Below are positions 1 through 10,449 of a stretch of 64,000 nucleotides of DNA, piece by piece. Made by a program: the position numbers and the translations under genes. Within the stretch, counting starts at the first letter, position 1. Each line of letters opens with the position of its first letter. The stretch covers positions 7,998,001 through 8,062,000 of the forward strand of contig OZ059897.1 of the NCBI GenBank assembly GCA_964057225.1. The letters run 5' to 3'. The notes beneath the pieces were generated by a model, which saw nothing but the letters and a program-made list of their open reading frames with translations, was not told the DNA's origin and ran no database searches. Origin of the DNA: Auanema rhodensis (Eukaryota; Animalia; Nematoda).

Positions 1-362
1 AAAGTCAACAAACCATCATATCATCGTATGAAAAGCCTACAGCATAGTAAAAACCTGACTGCTTTTCAGCTTTTCCAAATATTTCGATCTGAAAACACAA
101 AGTTTTACATGTAAATTTTATAGATTATTCGATACGCTCATATGTGTTTCGTCGAAGAATACGTAAGAAAATCCCATCTGATTGCATCCTTGATAGCATT
201 CAGGATTTTTCGGTATAAAACAGCCTTTACTAACACCACATGTTGATGGATCAAACTTATTCTGAAAACTCTAAGCTTAAAAGAAGGTTCGAAAATCAAA
301 AAAACACTAACTGCTTTAATCCTTAATAATAAAATGAATAATATAGTTAATGTTTTAAACAT
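1..362 (-). CDS. Secreted DOMON-domain protein (FRRS1/DOMON-cytochrome b561-like N-terminus); 5' part only, continues off the window start
   Basis: Phase-0 exons 362-312, 261-136 and 88-14 with GT..AG introns give MFKTLTILFILLLRIKA|NKFDPSTCGVSKGCFIPKNPECYQGCNQMGFSYVFFDETHMS|IEIFGKAEKQSGFYYAVGFSYDDMM. Signal peptide, CG-x-x-KGCF and YAVGFS-x-D-x-x-M are typical of animal DOMON domains. Confidence 0.8.
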
Positions 363-1570
363 ATTAATTAAATTTCCAAGATGTACTTCGTTTCACCTCT
401 TCTTGCAATGGTATATTAGATAGAATATGCTAAAAAATACAAATATCATTGAATAAAATGTACAAACTGGGTAAATATGCAGACAGTTTACCAACGAAAA
501 CCTTAAAAAAGAAAAGAAAAGTACTTAGAACGGCTCTATAAAACTATTAAAACATTAATGTAATCCTTTATAATAATTTTTGAACCATAGGCCACACCTC
601 TAAATATGTTATCAGTCTCTCTTATAAATATCTAAGTTTGAATCATAGATGAATCGACTACAAACACCGAGATAATTATTTACAGTATTGCATCAGTTGC
701 TTGGGATCTACACAAAACTTAATTTATTCAAAATCTAGAACAGAAACAAAACAGCTTCAGAAGCTTCTGATTATTTAATTAGAAATATTTAAAAATGAGT
801 CAAAAATTCATTTCAACATGCGATTAATGGAAGATTAATATTAATAATTCCAACTGACCTTGGATTTTATTTTTCATGCCTATTTTATCTAAAAAATGAG
901 CAAAATCTTTCCAGGGGTTTTACTAAGAAGCATTGATGAATCTAAATATAAATGAAAATTTTCTGATAATCTTTCAATGTTTAATCACTCAAATTTGTCT
1001 TTTTCCTCTTCATTTTCATTATTTTTTTATTTTAAAAAATGTTTATAGAAGTTGAAAATCAATATAACTAACAATTTAGTCAAAAAGATTTCGACGTAAT
1101 GGAAAATACTTCAAAGAAAAAAAAGTTTAACTTACTATATGAAATAAAATGTTGGAGGTATATCCCGTATCATACACGTTTTCATTTCCTGTTTTATTAT
1201 CTGTTTCTCCTTTTTTACGTTCAATTTCGAGCATTCATCTGTTTCTCTTATGGTATTCAAATTTTTTCTTTCTGATCCATTCTGTGTTCATGCTTGCCAT
1301 AAACTATTCTGTCGATTTCGAGAGTTACCAAATTGTCAAGTGAATCATCTAAAAAAATTGAAGAATATATATTTATAATCAGAAAACTACAAGCTACAGC
1401 CTGGCCAATTCTATGCTGACAATTGGAGAATAAAATTAAAGTTAAAAAACAATAAAATACATTCATTAGGGTATTTAACTACACAATTCTATGTATTGAA
1501 GCCGATCCGGACATTTCTGTTTTCGTTTCTTCTATTTTTCCGGCAAGTAATAAGATTTATGAATGTGGTC

Positions 1571-1632
1571 GTTGACGTAAAAGTTCACGTATGTACTGTA
1601 TGACGGAATCGGTTGACGTAAAAGTTCACGTA
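1571..1632. repeat. Perfect 21-bp direct repeat GTTGACGTAAAAGTTCACGTA, two copies
   Basis: Copies at 1571-1591 and 1612-1632. Each carries two ACGT cores (TGACGTAA and TTCACGTA). TATAAAA follows the second copy. Confidence 0.9.
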
Positions 1633-1783
1633 CGTATAAAAAACACTATCATAGCAGTTCCTGCACCTGTTCTATGAATGTAAGTATTATATGACATGTA
1701 CTACTATTTTATAAATCTTTTCAAACATATATAAGGAGTACACGTACTATTGTTTTATACTACAGATATGGAACTTTGCCGTA

Positions 1784-1856
1784 GCCTCGTTAGCTCAGCT
1801 GGTAGAGCGTTAGACTTTTAATCTAACGGTCAGGGGTTCGAGCCCCCTACGGGGCT
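1784..1856 (+). tRNA. tRNA-Lys (anticodon UUU)
   Basis: 73-nt cloverleaf: acceptor GCCTCGT/ACGGGGC, D arm GCTC/GAGC, anticodon arm TTAGA-CTTTTAA-TCTAA, T arm AGGGG-TTCGAGC-CCCCT. A T5 Pol III terminator follows at 1860-1864. Confidence 0.97.
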
Positions 1857-2073
1857 AAATTTTACACTTTTATGTGTTTAAAACGAAAAAAATACGAGGA
1901 AGAATGATAACGATGTTCGTTTACTATCCTTTCTTTACTAAATAAAAAAAAGCTTACTATTAATTAAACCACATTTTATTTAAAATTATGTTTAAATACA
2001 GTTCAAAATACAAACAATGTCATGTCTTTTCTAACTGATTTCCAATAACTCATTTCATTATATGACAAGGATA

Positions 2074-5000
2074 CTAATCTTCATCGGGTAAATCAGCTTC
2101 AAGTTCTTTTACAATTGCCATTATTCGTGCCTTGCTATTTTGTTTTTCTTGCATTTTTGCCATAATATATTTACAAGTATCATCTACTAATTGCTTGGTA
2201 TTAGCAGTTATGTTTCTTTCGTAATACAGAATCTGAAATTTTGTAATACTGGATTGTTGAAGTTCCATTAGAAAACAAACCTGCATGGTCAGATTATGCT
2301 GCTCTATTTTCATGTTCTCAATCTCATCCCGTAAAGCATTATCTTCATTACGAATATCAGCAATTCTATTAGCATCAATCCCTTCAAAGTTCTTTAATTT
2401 GATCTCAAGTTCTTCATTTTCTAAATGTTTTCTATTTAGTAGCCTACTGATGTACTTCGATTACCTAATTCTAGTTCACTTAAGCCATCGCACAACTTAA
2501 CATATTCGGTTTCACGAGCAATTTCTGGAGCAATCTCCTCCTTCCTTTTCTTAAACAATACAGTTAATTAAAAAATACAATATTATTAACTACCGTAAGC
2601 TCCAATTTCAAATCTAACGCAACATTCATTCTATCTCTTAGCCATTCAGCTTCTGCTAACAAAATTCCGGATTTTAGAGCATCCCTTTCATTAGCATTCA
2701 ACTAAATCAGATTTAAATGATAAAAAAATTATAATCTGTAGCATACTTTTCGTCCATTCATTGCTTTGACAGCCTTCACATATTCTGGATTGATACCCTT
2801 CAACTGATCCAGCAAGGCAGAAACTTCATTTGTATTTCTTTAATAGTTATATATAGAAATAAGTTAAGCCCAAATAGATCATACTTTTCCTTTTTATTTT
2901 CTAATAACTCTCCAAGCTTTTCTACTACAGAGTTACGTAGCTCCGAGATATAAGGATCTTCGCCAAGAATTGATTCCAAATATGTAACCTAAAAATAACA
3001 AAAATATTAAACTTTAAATTTCCAAATTATACTTTTGAAGTATGAGGATGAAATCTAGTATTTTGCAGGTAAGAAGTTAATTTATCTGACATACTAGCTA
3101 TTGAACTATTCTGAGAAATATTTAAACAAGGAGTCTGAAAAATAAAGGTTGAAGCAAAGAAAGCGAAATTTAACCAACTTGAATCATAGATACATCTCTA
3201 GGTGTTTCGAAAGGTTCAATAATACTACTTTCCGATATCATAGAATATCTACTTCTTCTCTTAAAAATTATGTTTATATAGAATCTATTTAAAAAAAACT
3301 TACTGTGGCTCCCATGGTAGAACCAAGAGTACTATTCATTTCATATGTAGACAGGTTAGCAATACTAGATCGCTAAAACAAATTTGTACATACATTTCGA
3401 CTAAGTATAAATGGATTACTCGTTGTTGGTATTTTCCAGTGCGAATGGATGCATCAGCATTTGAAACGTCCATTTTTTCAGCTTGAGATTGGTTGAGATT
3501 AGGTTCTTTAAAGAACACATCCGACTCCCGAGACTTTATCGAACTCTATAAAGAACAATGAACACAAAACCATGATAATTTTAAGAGCAAGATACCCTGC
3601 TTTTCGAGGTACTCTCAGTTTGTTCTTGTGCATTTACAGTAGAAATATCAAGATCCATCACTTTACTATAATCTCGAGTTCTATTATCTCTTGCTGCAGT
3701 TAAATTCATACTTATATTCTGAATATGAACTATTTATACCATTTTGGTCAATCATGAAACTCACGGTACAACTTTTAGACAGCAAGGGTTCTTGGGGTTG
3801 AGGAGCAACTGCTGAAATATCCATATCTCCATCGAAATTTCTAGTTGAATTCTTAGCATTATCATTTCCTACTGCAGGTCTATTCACAGTTGCATTCTGC
3901 AAATAAACTGGTTTACTTAACATTGATTGTCTATTAAACCTACGCTACTAAGTTTTGCAGATGATGACTTAGGAGGCTCAGGAGCAACTGCTGAAATGTC
4001 CATATTTCCATCGCAACTCTCAAACATCTTATCGCTGACGCGAGATAAATTCTTACTTGTATTCTGAATACAAATTGATTCATCCAACATTGATGGCTTA
4101 TAAAACCCACGCTACTAAGTTTTTCAGACGACGACTTTTGAGGTTGAGCATCAACCGCTGAAATGTCCATATCTCCATTGCAACTTTCAGACATCTTATC
4201 GCTAACGCGAGATAAATTCGTAGTTGCATTCTGAAAATCAACTGGTTCACCTAACATTGATTGTTTATAAAACCCACGTCACCAAGTTTTGCAGATGCTG
4301 ACATCGGAGGTCGAGGAGCAACCGCTGAAATGTCCATATCTCCATCGCAACTTTCAGACATCTTTTCGCTGACGTGAGATAAATTCTTACTTGTATTCTG
4401 AATATTAAGTAATTTATAGAACATATCGTTTAAAGATAAAACTAACAACACTAGCTTTTACGAACAAAGGCTTCGATAATTGAGGAGCAACCGCTGAAAT
4501 GTCCATATCAGCATCGTAATTCTTAGTTAAACTGTGATTAGGTTCGGGAGGTGAAATACAAAGAGGCAAATTAGAATTTACGTTACTCTAAATACTTCCA
4601 TTAATAAAATACTCTGAATTGGATACTTACCACTTTCTTAACGCTAACATTAGCAGGTGATTTTTCTACCATATTAGCTGTTTCTGCATTGCTTAACCGT
4701 GTATCAACCATACTAGAAATATCCATTTCTAGATTGTTATATTGTGTAACATTTGGTTGTTCTACAGCGGTTGGGCTACAATTAGGTAAGCTTGTCAAAT
4801 CATCTGTTTTAAGGGGACTCTGAAAAAAAAAGTTTGTTATTCAATAATGGTTAAACTAACTGTGCTATTATTTGGATTTACAGTAATATCCATGTCACAA
4901 TCACCACTGAAAGGAATGGTTGCATTCTAAATTCAAAAGTTCAAATATATCTTTGTTCTTGTTTATCTTACCGCATTTTGAAACATCGCCATAGTGTTAT

Positions 5001-6238
5001 TCATTGTCAAATCAAATGATGCCTAATACAAAACATAAACCATTGAAAGATTTAAAATTAACTGACTTTTGGGAACATATTCATCGTATTTTCATCCATG
5101 AAAGTTTCATTTGGTCCTTCATGCTGAAAGTTTCATTTCTTTTATAGCCAGCATTAATATAAATACCTTATTCAAAAAACTGCGTGCAGAAGAAGGTACT
5201 CTGAACATGTTCATCTAAAGAAATAAAAAATATATAAAATCTCGAATATAATGAAAACCGTATTCTCTGCATCCATTGTGATATTCATACCAGAATTTTC
5301 CTTCTCATTCATTGTTCTATTCGCGGTAGAAAACATCATCATCTGAGGCAGACATCGGATGAAAAAATAAGGAAAAACAAAATACCGTATTTTCACATGA
5401 AGATAGGTTACTTGGATCAATTGACATATTGACAGGATCTAACTTAGTTGCATTTAAATCGAATTTCACAGGATTTGACATAGCACTAATATCCATAGGA
5501 CATCCGCCTAATACAATTTTTTCAATAAATATGAAACACTAACTTTAACACCTGAAGTATCAGCCTTTTGAGTAAACATAGCCATAGTCGAGTCAGCGTC
5601 GTCTGGAAGAGTTCCAAAAATGGCCATAGTATTATTCGTTTCTAAACCAATACTTTATCATGTTCAAGATTAGGAATTCGCACCAGTGATCTCCTTGTGA
5701 ATTGTGGAATTATTTATAGACATATCCATAATAGTATGAACTGTTGAAGAATGAGCTATTTGATAACTTAAATTGTCTTAAATAGTAAATATATATATAA
5801 ATATATCAATAATTGCAAAGTTACCGGTCTGTAAATCACTAGGGGTTTTGATACTTCTACCAGGTCTGAATTCTTACAATGAATACTATAATGATAAATA
5901 AAAGCTTACGTTAAAACACCATCCGATCCCATAGTTTCATTTATTTTCTGTTTCACAGGAGAGCCATCTAGTAAACTTTGATCGTTTACGGCGAAATTTC
6001 TAAAACATATTATTAAGTATACTGTAGAAAATATATGACATACTGAACAGTTTTTACATTATGAAAACTAACTCTTCTTCTTAAATTCGGCTTTGTTGGC
6101 TCATTGAAATCTTCAAATCCCACATTCGAAGGTCTAGTTTTCAAAATCTGAAATTTTCAAAATTAGTTCATGAAACATAAAATATCAAACCGAATCTCGT
6201 CTTTTAGGCTTTTTTCCAACTCCATGAGAATGTGGCAT
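2074..6238 (-). CDS. knl-1: Kinetochore scaffold KNL-1/Spc105 (many short exons)
   Basis: N-terminus MPHSHGVGKKPKRRDS|ILKTRPS..NLRRRVSFHNVKTVQ..GSPVKQKINETMGSDGVLTP contains the SILK and RVSF PP1-docking motifs and closely resembles the recalled C. elegans KNL-1 N-terminus. About 12 MELT-like motifs (MDIS/MDIT/MDMS/MDVS), several TxxxF motifs, a C-terminal coiled coil with AEAEWLRDR, and stop TAG at 2074-2076. Confidence 0.93.
3596..4587 (-). repeat. Tandem array of exon+intron cassettes in knl-1, one MELT-like motif per exon
   Basis: Phase-0 exons 4587-4450, 4397-4278, 4230-4111, 4063-3944, 3896-3765 and 3718-3596. The three central exons are 120 nt, each followed by a 47-nt homologous intron (167-bp period). 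Shared core (D/N)MDISAV; the last exon is degenerate (MDLDIS). Confidence 0.92.
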
Positions 6239-6360
6239 TATACTAAATTAAGAAAATATTTTCAAAATATTATTATATAATATAATTTTACATTATAAAA
6301 CGAATTAAAGCTAAATTTATCAAAGGAGCAAGCTAATAGAAATAGAATAAAGCATCATGT

Positions 6361-6410
6361 TTCAAAAAATGTCAAAGCGCGCGTAAATGATTAGCCATAG
6401 AGCGCGAAAA
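6361..6410 (-). promoter_or_regulatory. Putative E2F + CHR (DREAM-type) cell-cycle promoter elements of knl-1
   Basis: On the minus strand: TTTTCGCGC (6410-6402), TTTACGCGCGC (6387-6377), then TTTGAA (6366-6361). These lie 120-170 bp upstream of the ATG in otherwise CpG-poor DNA. Confidence 0.55.
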
Positions 6411-7409
6411 AAACAGAAAATGACCCTTGGTGCCCTATGGATTACGGTATTACTAGACAAGTTTTCTATTTTATAATATAAAAAATACGAAAATTTGTTG
6501 ATTTTTGATGTTAAAGTAAGTTGAAATAGTTTTGTATATGTGTTTATTTTAAAGCTACATATAATTAAATTCATAAAATTCTAAATAAAGCTGGAAAAAG
6601 GAAAAACTTTGATTTTTTTCACTTTTTTGACAAGTGTCAATTACAGTATAATGCTGTAGTCAGGAGACTAAAGCTTGAAACTGATCTAATTCAAGATAAT
6701 TTTATTTATAATGCTTTTTTTTCAATTTCTAAAATTCTATTTTTGAATATTTCTGAAAGTGTAAGATATTTGCTAATTTTTGAAACTACATGGATATTAT
6801 AACCCTTGAAAGGTAGATAATCATTAAGTGCTTTGATTTCTCGATCATTTATTGTGTAAACAGCAATCATGTTTTATCTTTTTGAGACTCTGCGGTTTCA
6901 TACACAAATATTTAGCCCCAAGGCGTCTACATCAAACAAAAGTGGAAATTATGGAGAAGAGTACTGAAGCGAAGTTAATTAATATACTGAAAACCCGGAA
7001 ATATCAATTCTAAAAGCTTTATCATTATATTTATGAAATAATGAGAAATATAATTTTGTCATTTTTATGAAATATGAATAATCTATGATCATTTCATAGT
7101 TATGCATTAGTTTCTTCCATGAAACTCGTCTTGAAGATTCGTCTGAATTGGAAAAAAAGAAATGCTCTAATTCATAAAGAATACAAACTAAGTCATATTC
7201 TGAATAATATCATTCAACCTTCTCAATAGAGAAGATTGCCATAATCCACAAATATTTTGCGAAATTATGTGAGAAAAACTGGCATTTGCATTTTAAGCCA
7301 AACAGAGAAGAATTACCAGTCAAGCTTTCCGGTTTTTATCAAATCGGTTCATTTCTTCATTTTTCGAGTTCATCATTTCATTCTTTTGTTTGCTAACAAA
7401 AAACGTTAT

Positions 7410-7473
7410 CCAGAAGAACAGGACTGATGAGCCACTCAAGGCGGACGGACTGTTTGCCTCCGTCGCCTTCTGG
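7410..7473. other. GC-rich structured island (nested stem-loops, hammerhead-like core)
   Basis: CCAGAAG (7410-7416) pairs with CTTCTGG (7467-7473). Internal GACGGA/TCCGTC and GCC/GGC stems. CTGATGA at 7424-7430. Confidence 0.45.
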
Positions 7474-7649
7474 TCAAATTTTGCTTCTGTTGTGTCTTTA
7501 TTTTTTCCATTGCCTTTCCACAAAAGGAAATTTGATTTATACACGCTATTGATGACAATTTTCATTAAAATCTTCTTTATTTTGATGTAAAATCATGAAT
7601 TTATGTATATTATACTCACATAATTAATATTTCTCTAATAGTGTATAAC

Positions 7650-10230
7650 ATGACCCATGATAATCGAGGCAAGTGGGGTAGTGAACTACAGTTTCTTCTA
7701 ACTTCTGTTGGATATGCTGTAGGCTTAGGCAACTTATGGCGATTTCCTAGCGTTGCATATGAAAATGGTGGAGGTTTGTCTTCCAAATCATCTCATTTAG
7801 ATTCATATTTCTACAAATTTCAGGAGCATTCCTTATACCATATCTATTTTGTTCTATTATATTAGGGCTTCCATTACTTTATTTAGAATTTTTTGTTGGA
7901 CAATACACGCAGCATGGTGCTGCAATAGCATTTAAAAATTATTTTCCTGTTTTACAAGGTAAATATAATGATTTTTTGAAATCAAAGTTATTATGTCTTC
8001 TTAAAATAAAAAAATCTTTAGGAGTAGGATGGTCAAGTACCTTATGCTCATTCATGATTGGTATATACTATAATGTTATTATTGTTTATTGTATATTATA
8101 TTTGATTGATATAATATTTTCTGATGTAAATGCTTGGACAGCATGTGGAAATTCATGGAATACAGATGGTATGATTATATTCTTCAAGTTTTTAGTCAGT
8201 ATAATCCAGCTTATATCATTCGCCTATTTACAGGCTGTATGCTTTTGAATGAAACATCAGCAAATGGAACACTAGCTGCTGATGAATTTTATCTGTATTT
8301 CCGATAGATTAGCTATTTTAAACCAATTTTTCTTATTTACAGTCATAAAATACTTAAAGTTTCTGATTCTATTAATGATTTGGGAGATTTGAATTTACCG
8401 GTATTTCTTGGTCTCATAGGTATATGGATGTTTACCGCATTATGCCTTGTTAAAGGTGTAAAATATATTGGAAAAATGGCATATATAACAGCCACTATGC
8501 CATATGTAATTATTGGTATAATTTTATTTTTTAATATAAATTGTAATTTGGAAGTTTTTAAGGTTTATTCTTCATTTTAATACTTCGTCTTGAAGGAGCT
8601 TCTAGTGGATTAAGCTATTTTTTATTTGAACCAAAATTTGAAAAACTACTTGAATACAATGTAACTAGGCTTTTTAATTAAAAAAAATCATTTTTTACTA
8701 CAAAATATAAGTGAAATTCATGATTTAGACTTGGATAGCTGCAGCTAATCAGCTATGCTTCTCCCTTAGTATCGGCTTTGGAGGATTACTATCACTGTCA
8801 TCATATAATCACAGAACCCATAACTGCTTTAAGGTTCGAGAATATTCCGAAAATATGCTTCACAAGCTGTTTTGGTGAGTTTAGAGTCATTTATTACATT
8901 AAAGGATGCTTTGGTAATCGTTTTCTGTGATGGCTTTATGAGCATTTTTGGAGGTTGCGTCATATTTTCCATATTGGGATTTTTATCACATGAAGTAGGA
9001 AAACCTATCGATCAGTTAATTCAATCAGGTTTTTATTAAATAAAACTTATGATAAAACTTAGTCATATCTGCTCACAGAAGGAGGAATACCATTCGTAGC
9101 ATATCCAGAAGCTTTTGCCCGTATGAATAATTCGGCTGCTTTGAACTTTCTGCTCTTCTTTATGTTTCTTCTTCTAGGTATTAGTAGCCAATTCGGTAAG
9201 ATTATATAACTATATGAATATTGTTTTTATATAATTTTTAATTTTTGTCTTATTTAGGCACAATGCAGCCTATGTTGACATCCGTAATGGACCAGTTCCC
9301 ATCTCTTCGAAAAAAATCTGAATTAGTAGCTGTTACAGCTTGTTTCATATCATTTATAATTGGATTATCAATGTGTTGGGGAGTATGTTATTCATAATAT
9401 AATAATCAAAAATAATTAAAATTATACAAAATTGATAATAAATTAATAAATTATATTATAGAATGGAAATTATTGGCTTAATTTATATAATAATTGGATA
9501 GGTGCTAATACCGTCTTCATTGCATGCTTTTTAGAACTTTTAATTATTATCTATTTCTATGGTTATTTATTATAATATTTATAATTTATTTTTATATTCG
9601 TCTTCTTAAGGTATTCGTAATTTCCGTTCTGATATTGAAGAATGCCTGGGAACAACAAACACATACTGGGGAAAGATTTTCGGAAAGTCCGGATTGTACT
9701 TCACTATCTGTTGGACTTTCTGTGCTCCTGTGCTCATGATTGTATGTTTTTCCTATCCATATTCTGAACATTATTGAAAAACAACTGTTTATTCTACTAT
9801 CATATCTTTCAGATTCTTATTGTTACAACTTTTATTAATCAGGCTTTAACACCTGCACATGGTCCAGAATGGACAACGGTATACCATATCTTAGAATGCT
9901 AACTTATCAAAACTTGAAATGCTTTAGGTTGTTGGTTATATTATTGAATATGCTCCACTTAGTTTCATTCCAATATTTGCTTTCATAAATATACGAAAAG
10001 CTAGCCAATCCGAAGAAGTATGCTTTATCATAAAACAACTTTTAAACAAATTCAATTATAGGGATGGAAATCTGCATTCCGAGTTCAATCAGATTTGAAT
10101 TCAAAAAAATCTAATAGATCTGATAATAAAGTAATAAAATAATAATATTTTAATAAACTTAATAATTCATTTTCAGATATTTCCAGTAAGCTCTTCATAT
10201 ACTTCTTCTACTGAAATTGTTGATCCTTAA
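7650..10230 (+). CDS. SLC6 sodium:neurotransmitter symporter family (snf) transporter, amino-acid type
   Basis: Spliced [44 protein letters not shown]|[97 protein letters not shown]1 has Gly (YAVGLGN) rather than the monoamine-transporter Asp. Confidence 0.95.
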
Positions 10231-10433
10231 TTTGTTGAATAATACATATTATATATTGTATATAATACTTTAAATTATTATTATTTTTAAATAAAATTTA
10301 AAAAAAATCAATAAATTTACATGAAAATCCATTTTCAATCATCTTCTATGTATTACAATTACTATTGTATACTAACACATAATCAGACATCATCAAACTG
10401 ACAAAGACACCATCACCCCACACTCCGCCATCA

Positions 10434-10449
10434 CCCTACCCCCCCACCC
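10434..10449 (-). other. Canonical G-quadruplex motif
   Basis: Minus strand GGGTGGGGGGGTAGGG reads as G3-T-G3-G-G3-TA-G3. Confidence 0.6.

Noticed and set aside
850-1466. Minus-strand signal-peptide-like ORF (MNVFYCFLTLILFSNC..) and nearby exon-like pieces
   Set aside because: No stop-free spliced model could be built (one join needs a 27-nt intron) and no family was recognisable. It may be a pseudogene but is unsupported.
3765-4449. Regularly spaced repeats superficially like a CRISPR array
   Set aside because: They are duplicated exons and introns of a eukaryotic gene. The intervening sequences are homologous and no cas genes are present.
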